Of a DNA stretch of 62,103 bases, positions 36,568 to 49,509 are shown in pieces; within the stretch, counting starts at the first letter, position 1, and every line of letters begins with the position of its first letter. Source of the stretch: Vezdaea acicularis (taxonomy: Eukaryota); NCBI GenBank assembly GCA_026025075.1, contig JAPEUI010000045.1:62001-124103 (forward strand), in the 5' to 3' direction. The notes beneath the pieces are model-generated. The model made no database searches and had not been told where the DNA came from. It was given only the letters and a program-made list of their open reading frames with translations. The translations under genes and the position numbers were made by a program.

Positions 36568-37098
36568 TAAAGCACTTTTTGTGTAGAGCAAAAGCAGAGC
36601 CTATCTTGAACTCATTAAGCCGGGTGAATTTTAGTATAACTCTGCCTCTGAAAAGAATGAGGTCAGACGAACATGGCTGATATAGACTTAAACCCTCGTT
36701 TCAAATAGCAACCGAAGAAATTTTGGTAGCGTATCGATTGATCAATCTAATCTAATCAAATCAAATGCACGATAGTCCCACGTCACTTTCTCCCCAGCGA
36801 TCTCATGCCATTGCTTCTTAAGGATAGCTGCCTTTCAGTGTATGCATAAGCTAGATGTTGTAGTGTTTTCTCCAATCTTTGGCTAAGCGTTTCTCCTAAC
36901 AAAGCAATACGACATTAGCTATATGCGACGCGGGTACACATACCTCAGAGGAAGCTCGCATGCTGAGCTACAAGGCAAAACCTTTTCACTGCCGGCGCCT
37001 TTCAAAGCGCAGGCTCCAGTCTGTAAACATTTCTCCACTGAGCTGCTTATATAAACTATCAAATGACTTCCTCATCGTTCGGCGGGGCCAGTAAGAAG

Positions 37099-38866
37099 AT
37101 GGACGAGCTTCTACCACAGCTACTATCCTTTCCTCCGCACCCGCCACCACCCAAGCCGCTCTCCGAGGTAGCATATGGGACTGGGGCTCGAGATCTTTGT
37201 ACCCTCCTCTCCAAGACACCTGCAAATATCCTGACAGCCGGTGTGAGTGGTGGAGGGGACCTGCTTGAAGTAATGTCACCCTCACATTCACTTTCACCCG
37301 ACATTGTGTCTTCTCAGAAGCAAAAATAACTGACAGGAGGTCCGTAGATACTTGATCCTTCAATCAACTCTATACCTTTCATGTACACCCTTTTAGCACA
37401 CCATCAAATATTTTCCGAGAAAGGCAAGGGGACTGGGAAAGCTACCGCGAATTTTCATACCATGTTGTTCTCAAAGATGGTCCTGTTCTTAGAGCAATTC
37501 GACGGAAGGCAGGTGAGGTATGACGGTTCCTCCTGGAGGCGCGTCTTGGAGTTGATGGTTGATATGGCCATCGAATCTGGAAGTGTACGTGAAACAGTCA
37601 TCCGTCATAAAATAGGCTGACCGATTATCAGCTAGCACTTGCCATATCCCCGGTCAGGACAGCAATCCTACGAATGGATCCTTCATCTTCTACGCTTACA
37701 TCCACCCATCATCTGTTTGTCCGCATGTGTTTGCAAGTAAGGTCATACCGTGCCGCACTACCTATACTAGACAAAGACGTTATCGACTTCCCAATCCCTC
37801 ACACTACGGCAGCACACACTGTCCCTCAATCCGCAAATCGGACAAGCGTATCGTACATCACCGCCGATTCTGGAATATCAGATAAATTGACCTACCATAC
37901 GCCGATGGAGTACCATATATATGGAGCCACAATATACATCGGCTTAAAAATGTGGGAACGGGCATTTGAATTCTTGGAATTTGTCCTCATCACGCCAACG
38001 GATGGGAAAACAAGCCAGATTATGATTGAAGCATACAAGAAGTGGATTCTTGTATGCTTAATACTCAAAGGCATAGTACGTAAACCCTGTTTCGCGTCAT
38101 TCCGGTAGCTAATGAGGCTCCTCATCCACAAAGGTACCTCGAATGCCGCCAGCCTGCGTTAGCAATAGCATTGGAAGGATTTTGTCGCATACAACAAAGC
38201 CCTATTTCTCTTTAGCGCAAGCATTCAAAGAAAGAGACACGACAAGACTGAAAGGTGACATTGAGGCTGGAACATCGATATGGGCCGAAGTACGTTCCAG
38301 TATCCATCTTTTCCAATCAGCGCTGCCACATGTCGTGTTCACTAACTGGATTCCTCAAGGATTCGAATACCAGTCTCGTTGTTCAAGTTCTGGAGGCCTA
38401 TCGTAGGTTCAATATTCTCGCGCTAGGCCAGACATATAGTACGTTGCCTTTATCAAAGGTTCGCGAACACGACATAAATCTTGTACCCGAAGGAACCAAA
38501 GTTCAATCCTTAGAATCTGATACCGAATCGTTTGTCCTCTCCCTCATAGCTTCCGGTGATCTAAAGGCAACCCTATTACCCCAATCTTCGGGAGTTGAAT
38601 CTATCATGCTTTGCTTCCAATCCTCCATACCTCAAATCTCAGAGCAAGAGCAGCTTAGAAACGTGGAGAAACAAAAAGAAAAAATTCTTGCGCTAGATGA
38701 GCACATTAAATCTGCTGATTGCAGACTTAGGCTTAGCAAAGAATACATAGGATGGGAGTACAAAACTAAGAAGGCTAAGGAGTCTGCTGGGCCCACAATG
38801 CAAGGGGCTGGCTTCGGAGCTGGAGATACCATGGATTTGGATGAAGACATGATGGGAGATTTTTGA
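37099..38866 (+). CDS. csn3: COP9 signalosome subunit 3-like PCI protein, 5 exons
   Basis: MDELLPQLLSFPP, ILDPSINSI, FLEQFDGRQVRY, LRMDPSSSTLTSTH, EAYKKWILV, PCI-like C-terminus ending DLDEDMM. Confidence 0.8.
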
Positions 38867-39377
38867 GTTCACTTTATATTTCGGAATGATCCCACGAAAC
38901 CGTGGCGTATATATCGACAAGTTGTGACTTGGTTTTGCAGGCGGATGAGGCTATGCTGAGATGAAAAAGGATGATGGTGGCATTGCACATGGAGTCGGTC
39001 TTAACACAGTTGTCTGAGCACAGCATTTGGCGGCCTGAGTCTGACGAATGCCAAACCGGCATTCTCACATGCAACGTTGAGAGTTATGTTGGGGAGAGAG
39101 TATCACAGGAGCTGATCGCAGGAGCTAGCAGGTTTACTGTGAACAATATACCGTTAAGAACCTCATCACCATATCAGACAAGAATAGAAATCTCAAAATT
39201 TCGCGGCCTGGAATGAATGTACCAAAGAGAATCTGCAGTGATGACGCAAAACTCCCAAATCCTCTGAAGCTGTGCTCAATCCATAAAAGCCACCCACCCC
39301 TTCAAAGCACTCGTTTTCGATGTACACTTGGCCCGGGCCCCTTGGGCACCATGCCTTAAAAATTCATAAGAACCCGT

Positions 39378-40085
39378 TTAAGTAGTCGCGGCCTGGGCGG
39401 GTTGCTCCGTGATTGTCTGGATATCGATCTTCGGCATCGCTGCTCCTACGCTTCCCAGATCTGTTTGCTTCGCCTTTGGATTCTTGGTGTAATAATTAGA
39501 TATGGCGGATTTGATAGCGTCCTCTGCAAGCATCGAGCAGTGTAATTTGACGGGTGGCAAACACAGCTCCTTCGCAATCTCCGTATTCCGGATCTTCCCT
39601 GCATCCTCCAGTTTCATACCCCGGACAAGCTCTGTCAAATAGCTTGAACTAGCAATCGCACTCCCACACCCGAAAGTCTTAAACTTGACGTCTGAGATAG
39701 TGTTATTTGTGGGGTCGACCCGGATCTGAAGTTTCATAACGTCGCCACATGCAGGTGCCCCAACAAGGCCAGTTCCCACATCTGTATCGGCCTTTGACAT
39801 TGATCCTACATTTCGGGGTCTGCTGTAATGGTCGAGCAGTGTGGCAAGTTAGCGGAGAATACATACTGATAGCAGGATCTGATAAGGGTATGGAAACAAG
39901 CACATGAGGGCGGCAAAGATGGAGAGAGTAAGAGAATACTAATCTTTCTCATGATATGATCTCCTCGAATTGGTGTAAACAGTTGCCGGAGCGGCTCTAT
40001 TGACTGGTGAAGAAACCAAGGGTCTAGTTGTCGTAGACAGCACTCGACCCACGGCGGCCGGTGTATGTACTAGAGCTCTTCGCAT
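39378..40085 (-). CDS. ISU1: Mitochondrial Fe-S cluster scaffold Isu1/IscU, 2 exons (40085-39944, 39838-39378) joined by a probable AT-AC intron
   Basis: Arg/Ser-rich presequence; RSYHEKV|LDHYSRPRNVG; GAPACGDVM; FKTFGCGSAIASSS; LPPVKLHCSMLAEDAI. Confidence 0.95.
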
Positions 40086-41087
40086 GCTCGCTATTTGATA
40101 ACTGTCGGGATCTGTAGTTCGTCTATTTTGAAGCTTTTGGCGGAAGTTGATAAAATGGTTGATTTTTTATCAAGGACAGTGAAGGTTGTGAGTTGAGATA
40201 GTTTGTTCTCTGAAAAATGACGACGAGGTTTATGTCATGTCCACTAGCTCCAATCAGATTAGATCAGTGCTAATCACGTGAACGGAACAATCAACAGCCG
40301 AGCGATTCGCGCTCCGATATCTCCGATTTGTGACTACAACATCCTGTCACGAACCTACCTTCCCGTGACTTAGCCTGCGGGACGACTGCGCTTAGCAAGC
40401 GCTAGGTGTACGTCACGTGATTACCGTTATATAGGAAAGCGGGGAAGCACTGTAGAATAACTCCTTAGTATTCAATCGTATCAATCCTAAGAGACATCTA
40501 TTGACTACTATCTACTATTTACTACCGCCTGCGAATCGCATGCGTATCGCATGCGACCATCCGAAGTGAGACTAGTCTGTTGCCTGCCCATACGCACGCG
40601 CCTCACACATCCCCGATATGTCTTCTAAGGATCCGAGTTCTATTCCAATTATGTCGATAATTTTCCTCATGCAAAACCTCTTTTGAGACCATAGCGTTTT
40701 GCTGATTTTGAGAACCATATCTGTTTCTGAAGCTACCACGTTTTCAAAAGGCGTCATATAAAGGTACATCCGGGCTGGGTGCTTTAGTGTTCCATGATCA
40801 TGACCTCAACCTGAGTCATTCAGTCTTGCCTTCAGCTGCTTCGCTCCATACTTCTAGACCAAGGCCTCACTCGCACGCTTAAGCACGCTATGCATTCACC
40901 AGGACCGTGTAGCCCAGGTCTTAGCCTAGGCCAACACCCGTCAAGAATGTAATACTCAATACTTGGTTATACTTTGATTTTGAATACAGAATAGGAAAGA
41001 CGCCTGTTTCCGAATAGACAACTGCTTTCCTCAACAACGGGTAACACTTCCCTCATACCCCTTTAAAGGAAACCCAGCTAGTATATC

Positions 41088-43264
41088 TCACATTCTTTCA
41101 TAAGTTGACATCAGTGAGCCTAGAAATCACTTAGCTCTGACAAGAAGGCTGCATTCGAGAGTACCACTTACCAATGAACGTGACCACAAGCCTACTTCGC
41201 ACATTATTGATATCTTCTGGCACCAACCAAATTGTCGCGCCCATTTTTCTTGCAATACTGATGCCCAACTTGGCATTCATGTAGCACTCATCATCTGTCC
41301 TCCCAGGCGCAACAAGTTCATAGTCCACATAATTCGACTTCATGCCGTTCATTACGTCCAGTAAGAAGATACCATTGCGGATACTTTGTTCCTTGAAGGA
41401 TCGTATCGAGCTAGACTTACCGCCTTTGCGAGACATGTCATTCGCCCATTTTACCATCTCCGAATCGCTAATCTCGCTCTTACCGAGACGCTTCGCAAGA
41501 GCGCTCAGCGTAGTTGAAATGTCTCGGCGCATCAGCTGCCAAACCATCGCAAGGGTTAACGTACGCTGGCCGTCCGTGATATCAGCACCTTGAATCCCAA
41601 CGAGTGAGAACCGATTGTCTTTGCCCAATTGAACCGCATAATTGGTGTTTTCCATAGCTTTGAACCGCATCAGCTCGCCGCCTCCTGGCGCTTTGTTGAC
41701 GTGCCGCCAATTGACGCTTCCTGGTATCACCTTGTCGTACGCCTGGAGTAGAATCGAGCCATCGCGTAAGTCATCGAATAAAGAGTTCACTGCTGGATTA
41801 ACATCTAAAGAGTTGAGCCAGAGAGTGAAGACTCTAGCTTCCCTCTCGCCCTCGGCGTCGAAGTCCTCAATTTCAAGTTTGTCCTCGTCTGTGATAGGAT
41901 CAAGACCAGGATGAGTGTTGAAGAGATGCGCGACGAAAGCGAGATTGAGTTTAGGATTTCCAGCAACGAGGGATGTCGGGGTCAAGAACTTCAGGCAATC
42001 CAACCTGTCGGCGTTTTGTAAGACTTGCTCGGCTCGCTGGAGTAAATCGCGAGTCTGTAGAGGGGCCCGTGTGCAGTTTTCAGGAGAGAGCTGATTTAGG
42101 AGGATAGTGTAATTTTCGCCATCCTTGACATCAGTTGAGAAGTTCGCGACCCTTCAAGCTGTCAGTTAGGTTCATCTTATCAAGCATACGATGGAATACC
42201 TTCTATCCCATTTGGCAGCTTTGAGATGATAATTAAACCACCTTAGCAGGATCTGTTCCGGCGGAAGTCTCAAAAACTGCTCCAATGTCTCATCTTCTTC
42301 CAGCAACCTATACAACTCGGGATGAAGCTTGATATCGATCTTTCCTAGTAAACCTCGCCGAATAATCTGCCATATAAGCCCCAAAATCAAATGCTCTCGA
42401 ACCTCAATAATATCTCCACTTCCGATGTTGACTACAGAGCAGCCAATACCCTTTGCTGAGTTGATCACTATGTTGTTGTTCTCGGTCATATGAAAGGCGT
42501 TCAAAGTCTTGATTTTCTTTCCTGGCCGATTTAGCACACGTTCGTCGATTGTGTCTGGAACACTGTCGTTGATGAGCTTTGCCAATACCAAGCCATCCTT
42601 GCACTCGTCGAACATTTCGAACGTGTCCGTGGGGAATGGAAGTCTATTGCCAATATCTGGATCTCCGAGCAGCACGGCATTGATGTGACGGGTGAACTCA
42701 GTGCGCTCATCTTCATTAATAGTGTGAGTGACATTGGATGATGACCCTTGTACTTGTATCCTTCCCCCAACGCTGCCCTTAGACGCATGACCAGGAGCTG
42801 GGGCTGGACCACTGCTAGTCGGTTGCCTCCCAGGGCCTGTAGACATTCGTTTCTGTGCGGGAGAAGATATGCGCAGCTTTGAAATCAACTAGAGACGGGT
42901 TAATCGCAGATTCCCAGCGTTGATACCTGGCAAACATACGTCGACATAATCATCCAGCTCCACTCTCCTAGAGCTATCTAGTTCTACTTCCTTCAGCGCT
43001 TGCCGAACAACATCATAAGGCTGTCGTTCTGATTGCTGGGTAGCCTTGATCACCGTAGCCTCATCGAGATAGCCTTTATCATCAACGTCCAGCTTGCGGA
43101 ATGATTCTTGGAGGCCAAAAATTTCGTTCTGTTGGAACTGGGGATATTTTCTAGTTATTGAAACTTGAGGTTAGTCTTGATTACTATGACAAGCTTGTGT
43201 CTCGACGCCGCCCAGCGTCTCTCTGCTATCTAGAATCTCACCGTTGCAACTTGATAACATTCAT
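41088..43264 (-). CDS. SAC6: Fimbrin (plastin), multi-exon
   Basis: EF-hand N-terminus, then HTINEDERTEFTRHIN, CH-domain motifs HLILGLIWQIIR, EQILLRWFNYHL and EGEREARVFTLWLNSL. Confidence 0.96.
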
Positions 43265-44047
43265 TGCTGCGGCTTTGTCTGCGCAGGGCTTTCGACAATG
43301 ACTCGGAGAGGGAGATATTCTGAGGACCTTGTTACTTGATTTCTTACGTCCTTTCCAACAAAGAATCAGCTCTACCAGGACATTCGTCGTCGCAGCTGCA
43401 GGCTGACGTTGTTGTTTAGGCGCGATCCGGAAAAGACACTCAGGCGAGGGGCAATCCGTGGCGCGCTTAGTGGGGCTGCCAAGAGCGCCCGAACCACGGA
43501 CGCGCGGACGCTTGCTTGAACGATGCTTAATTCACCTCAAATAAGGAAAGCATTTTAGGATCTATTGAATGCTTGAAAGAGGTGCGACAACAGCAGAAGC
43601 TGGATATGTGTCGACATGCGTTTGGATATGAGGGGCTACAGGTCAGACTGCTACGGCTATATGGCAGTTCAATCTATTTGACTACTCCGAGATTTTGACT
43701 ATCTGCTTCGCTCTTCGCGTTTCGCAGTTTTTAACAAACACCCGTATACTTGAAGATGTCACAAAAGTGGCCATCAAATTCACAGTGTGTGGGAAATGAC
43801 TTTTAAAATCACCTTTCATTTGCTACGCTTCGAGAATTGATCTAGGACGGTGACATAATGTCGCATTCAACTACTGGCACGTTGTCGCGTGTACCCATAC
43901 AATGTATAAATTTTGGCTTGTTTAACCCAATCACAAAAAATACGTCGCATATATTGTGCTCACAACAATCTACACCCAAACAACTCTCTACAAATAATTG
44001 TGGCCCCAACATTTCTTTCTCAACCTTAATATCGCTTAGAATTGGTC

Positions 44048-44696
44048 ATGGGCCGGAAACGCGCAAGCTCAGATGGCCCAGATAATTATGAAGCAGACGG
44101 AGGCTTCGTAGTCAATAGCGACCACGAAGGTGGCTCTCTACCGGTTTCAAAGAGAGCCAAGAGCGAGAAGAAAACAAAATTATCAAAGGCCAAAGGAGGA
44201 CTTGATGATCTCGAAGGCGGAGCTAAGCGTGATGGAGATGACGTTTACTGGGAGGTACATTCTGCGAAAAGACGTGTTGGTGGAAAGCGGCTAATCGATA
44301 GTCTAGATCAGTGCAAGTCGCCGCGTTGTGATATCCGAATTCAAGGGCAAGAAAATGATCAATATACGGGAGTACTATCTGAAGAACGATACTGGTGAAT
44401 GGCTACCTGGGAAGAAGGTATATTGACTGGTCTACTTTACCGAAATTTGCTGACAGTGACTACAGGGAATTTCGCTGACCTTGGAGCAATATTCTCAACT
44501 CGTTAATATTCTACCTTCCGTCGAAGCTTTGCTGGCAAAGAGTGGGGTAAAAGTCCCGCGACCGTTCTACGACGAGGTCCAGAAGGACGAAGATAATGAG
44601 GAGTCAGAAGAAGACCGGCCATCGAAGAAGGCGCGTTCTAAGGCAGAGAGAAAGAGAAATATCGAGGCGACGAGTGATGAGGATGAGGAAGATTAG
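44048..44696 (+). CDS. PC4/Sub1-like ssDNA-binding transcription coactivator, 3 exons
   Basis: YWE|ISASRRVVISEFKGKKMINIREYYLKNDTGEWLPGKK|GISLTLEQY. Confidence 0.9.
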
Positions 44697-45159
44697 TATT
44701 GCGGCTTGCAATAGGGCATTTACGGTTTCTGTTGCCATGGATAGAGTTCGGGGCTCGTTCATTGATATAAATTCCGAGGCGGCTTGTTGTCCATGACTAG
44801 GACCCACCCAGTATTAGGTTGATTGCTTGGTGTTCATCAACTGTATAATTGTGATTATTGTAAGGGCTTATATGTCTCCTTTACTATTGCCTTGTTACAT
44901 CAGAGTCTTAAAGCTAGGCATCTAAAGCAGAAACGAGGATTGTGATCTCCGCTATCCGAGTGAGTCCAGGCATTCAAAGTGTGAGAGTATGCCAGACGCA
45001 AAGAAGATTGCGTGGATGGTTTGAGGGTTCCTAATCAAGTGGGTTATGGAGAGCAAATCCCTTCTCTTCGGCGAAAATACTTATTTCGTGATGTACTTAG
45101 AAGCTCTTGAGAGTAAAACAAAGAAATTTGCTCAGAGGCTCGAGCATGAACCAGACCGT

Positions 45160-45597
45160 TCAAGGTCGTATGAATTTCGTGTGGCTCCCAGTTGCCACAA
45201 TGGCTCCGGCTTTCCCATCCTCAACTTTCGCAATAGTGACTGTCGTGAAGCCAAAAGTTCCACCGACACGATTGGCCTTGCCTTCAACCTCAATCCACTC
45301 GCCCAACCTCGCTGCTGTGATGTAAGTGACATGGATATCTGTGCTTAAGCCATTCTTTTCGAGACCATGGGAGGATATAGCCATTGACCCTGCCCAATCG
45401 ACAATAGCGGCTGATACCGCTCCATGTAGAATGCCTTTACTATTTATATGGATGGGAAGGAGTTGGAGGCGTGCCGTTATAAGGCCCTTGGTTGCGAATA
45501 CGATTTCTATAGTTGGAAGGAGAAGGCCATATATGGGACTATCCTCCTTGAGCTTCGCCCAAACTTTTTGGATGTGCTCCAGTTCCGAGGACGCCAT
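45160..45597 (-). CDS. PaaI/ACOT13-like hotdog-fold acyl-CoA thioesterase
   Basis: HINSKGILHGAVSAAIVDWAG, GLSTDIHVTYI, VATGSHTKF. Confidence 0.88.
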   Translation of the reverse strand: MASSELEHIQKVWAKLKEDSPIYGLLLPTIEIVFATKGLITARLQLLPIHINSKGILHGAVSAAIVDWAGSMAISSHGLEKNGLSTDIHVTYITAARLGEWIEVEGKANRVGGTFGFTTVTIAKVEDGKAGAIVATGSHTKFIRP

Positions 45598-45981
45598 TTC
45601 CTGGGTCCCAGAATGCTCAATAAGATCTTGGTGGTGATTCAAGCCATAGACCGCTAATCGTGAAACGCCGCCTGTTCGTCACGTTAGTGCTACTAGGGCT
45701 CTCTTGGCGATCCGTAGATTTTTCGCCAACGCGACGTCATCCTTTTGATTGGACAAGTAAACAATTCCCTGAACTCAGGCCTGGGGAGCAACTATGACCG
45801 CAGTCAAACTCCCATCCTGTCTATCCTCCAGATGCTGCCGGCTAGTTGAAATATCGCACTGGCGCTGCCAAACTTGCTAGGCCGTCTACTCGAGCGCGGC
45901 CTCCCTAGCTTTCTTACTCAAAATCTTTCAAGGTCGGCGACTAAGAAGGGCGGCGAGCAGGGAGGCCGCCAGAGAGTCAGA

Positions 45982-48900
45982 ATGTCTGCTTCTGATAAAC
46001 AACCCATGTTACATGGTGGACTCGGAAGTCTCACCCCATGGAGCTCTCGGACTTCAACTCCAAAGCCTGCAGAGACTGGTGAGAAGGCGCTGCCTAAGGA
46101 CGGATTAGGCCAGCGGAAGGGGGGAGATCATCAAGTTTCTCGCGGACCTAGACTCAGTCTGAAAAGCTACCCAAAAGATTGCCCTCCGTTGAACGTGCGG
46201 TGGTTCTATGCCTCTGATGTAGGCTTTTCCAATGTGCTCTGAATGCTTCGATCGGGGACACTGATGACTGTACGAGCAGATCCCCAAAAGAAAGCCGACA
46301 TTATTAAATAAGGAACCTAAGGATGCTAAGCCTCTACCACCTCCAAAGAAGTTTGTGGCTTTCTCAGTGCAGGATTCGCGGTCCATAGAAAATGCGTTCC
46401 AGAAATTGGCCGAGGAAAACGAATCGAAGCCACCACAACTGGAGAGAGGTGGCGTGCCCGAACCTGGTGATAAGGATAGCACTGCGATTAGAGATACCAA
46501 TCGAGAAGCAAATACCAGTATGGACCACCCTTCAAACTCTGAGAAGGGTGGCAGCGTCAAGGTTCCTGTACAGGAAGATTACTTATTCGACGTTGACATT
46601 GAGAAAAGGGAGCTTGGACCAGTATATTGGATGGGGCCTATATTTGATGTGAAGAGAGGTACGTGGTTTCAAATAGATGGGTCTACAAACAAGCCATGCG
46701 ACGAAAACTTGGCGACTCAGGTTGAAGAGGGATACTTGAAAGTAATGCCATGGCTGAATCCGGCTTCTGGCAGCATTGGTGTTGGAGTAAAAGAGATATC
46801 AAAGGAGCCTTCCGCGAAGAAGGCTGGACAGTTGGAGTCCGACCATAAAATATCTCCAAAGGCGTCAAAGGAGAGCCTCAAAACAGACGATCCCCCGAAG
46901 GAATCATTGAAATCTCAACGCCTTTTCGGGCCTTACTCGAATGCTATCGTGACATACGTGGACGCGAATACCGCCTGGCTTGTGACGGATGACTTGATGT
47001 CGCGCATGAGTAGCACAGTATACGCGCAGTTTGGAGGAGGCGGTCATTTTGGTGGAACCAAACTTACAAGAGGCTATACTGAGCTAGGGAAGCCAAAAGA
47101 TGGCAAAGCAGACGCATCAAACAAGACAGGTGAATCGCAAACTAGACAGGAGAAGACACCTCAAAATTACAAGAGAAGATCAGCCCCGCCAAGCACAGCA
47201 TCTGGAGGCAAACCTGTAGTTTTGAGATCCGACTCTGATCTACGAAAGGAGGCGATAGAGCACAGCTTGACGAAGCTCGTTTCGCGCACAGACGCTGGCG
47301 AGACCGACTTGCAGACTGAAGAAGAACGTGGAAGAGACCAAGAAGATGTACAAGAAGATTATAGCTTAGAAAAAGATAGTAATCAAGATCGGGAAATTGA
47401 GCATCTTCTCTTGGTCACTCACGGCATCGGGCAGCGACTTGGCTTACGGATGGAAAGCGTAAACTTCGTGCATGACGTCAATGTCCTGCGTAAGAACATT
47501 AAAAGTGTGTATGACAACTCACCAGACCTCCAAGCACTCAACGCCGAAGTCGAGGCGCTGCCAAAGAACTGTCGAGTCCAAGTCCTCCCAGTCAATTGGC
47601 GGCACCTCCTAGACTTCCCACGTCAAAGCCTGAAACGTAACAGAGAAGAGCACGACCTCGGCGACAGTTCTCCCTTGGAAGATGAAGAAGATTACCCCAG
47701 TCTACAAGACATAACGCTGGAAGGTGTCCCAGCTGTCCGCGCCGCCATCTCAGACATCGGCCTTGATATCCTCCTCTTCCACAGCGCTTATCGAGAACAG
47801 ATCTCTAGCATCGTCCTCGCCGAAGTGAATAGGATCTACAGCCTCTTTATGCAGCGTAACCCGAACTTCAAAGGTAAAGTCAGCCTATTGGGCCACTCCC
47901 TTGGCTCAGCCATCTATTTCGACATCCTCTCTCGCGCGAAAGGTTCCTCAGATCTCACGCACGCCACCTCGGACTCTAAAGCCTTCTACCACAACCGCCC
48001 CGGCGTAACCCAACGCAACGAAGCAGGGAAAGATGCCGCACTCGTCTTCCCTGTCGAGAACCTCTTCTGCCTCGGCTCCCCCATCGGGTTGTTCCAGATG
48101 CTCAAAGGTCGCACCATCGCTGCCCGCCATTCTCTCGACGGCCCGCCCCCCCAGACACCCTTCGATATCGACACGATGGATGACCCGTTCCTAGGCGCCG
48201 CCAGCACCACCAACACGACTAGTGTCAGCAAAGAGTCAAAAACATACCACCCGCCTTTCACAGTCTCCTCCCCGAACTGCAACCAGCTCTTCAACATCTT
48301 CCATCCCATGGACCCCATCGCCTACCGCCTCGAACCGCTGATCTCTCCCTCTATGGCCTCTCTAAAGCCGCAACCGCTCCCCTACACTAAAAAGGGCATT
48401 TTCGGCGCTCCGATGGGCCTCACCGACATCGGCACGCGTGTCAGCCAGAGCGTCACGGGACTGTGGTCCAGCTTCAGCTCCGGCATCGCGAGCGGGCTCA
48501 TAAACCGCAGTCTCGGCCTCACTGCCGAAGATGCAAAGTCACGCACCCTCCCGATAAGCGCCGAGACCGCCCAAAAAGATGCCAAAGCACTCCAAGACGC
48601 CACCGCTGCTGCGGCCGGAACGGGAATCACCGCGGGCGGGGTCGTCCCCGCCGCCTCCGTACAAGTGAACGCGAGCGTCGACGTCAAAGACGACGCCAAG
48701 AAGCAGCGCCTCGCCCAGGACACGCTGCTCTCGGCCAACTCTCTCGGAGAGACGGAAAACCTCCCCACTCTCATCGACAACGACCTCGACACCCTCTACG
48801 CCGGCTTCCAGAAGCGGCGCAAGAGCCAGCAGAGCGACGAAGGGCGCGATTTCGGTGCCTCTCCCGCATGGGAAGAGAGCGAGGAAAGGGCGAGGCGGCT

Positions 48901-49135
48901 GAGAAGAGAAGAGGCAAAGGTGCGGGCCCTGAACAGGACTGGTCGCGTCGACTTTAGTGTGCAGGAGGGCGTCTTTGATATCAGTCTCATCGCGAGCATC
49001 GCGAGTCACCTCAGCTATTGGGGCGATGAGGATGTGAGTCATTTCATGCTGAGCCAGCTGCTTAGCAGCCAGAAGGGGGGTGCGAAGAGGAAGAGAAGCG
49101 TGGGTAGTGGTAAACAACAGAACTTAGAGGCCTGA
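45982..49135 (+). CDS. DDHD-domain phospholipase A1 (Ddl1/YOR022C-like), 2 exons
   Basis: VRWFYASD|IP, LVTHGIGQ, LGHSLGS lipase motif, FCLGSPIGLF, NIFHPMDPIAYRLEP, ALNRTGRVDF, SHLSYW. Confidence 0.92.
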
Positions 49136-49509
49136 GCTGGGCGTTGTGGTAGAGGCAGGTGGCGCCGAGGTGGAGGCGGCGGCGTTTGGACGGGATCTTA
49201 CGTTGTTTAGACAGTTTTTGATATGGAGCACTATTCTGAGTTGGACAAGATTCCCAAGTTTTCTTTGTTGGAGGGGGGGGTGAGTATCAAATGACAGCTA
49301 GCTGGCGGCCAGGCCCATTCCCACTGATTCTAGTTCACCAGATCATTACATCCAGTACCGTACTTTTCCAAGAGACAAACTCCACCATCCAAATCCAGAT
49401 CCAACCCTTGACTCCGTTCCATGCGCCGACTGCCCTAGACCTAACTCGAAACCCATCTCAACCTTTCTCGATAGAAACTCACACCCACCGGCACTGCTCC
49501 CAGAAGAAA

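Noticed and set aside
39839..39943. U12-type (minor spliceosome) classification of the ISU1 intron
   Set aside because: Lacks the ATATCC donor and TCCTTAAC branch consensus; the signals are U2-like.
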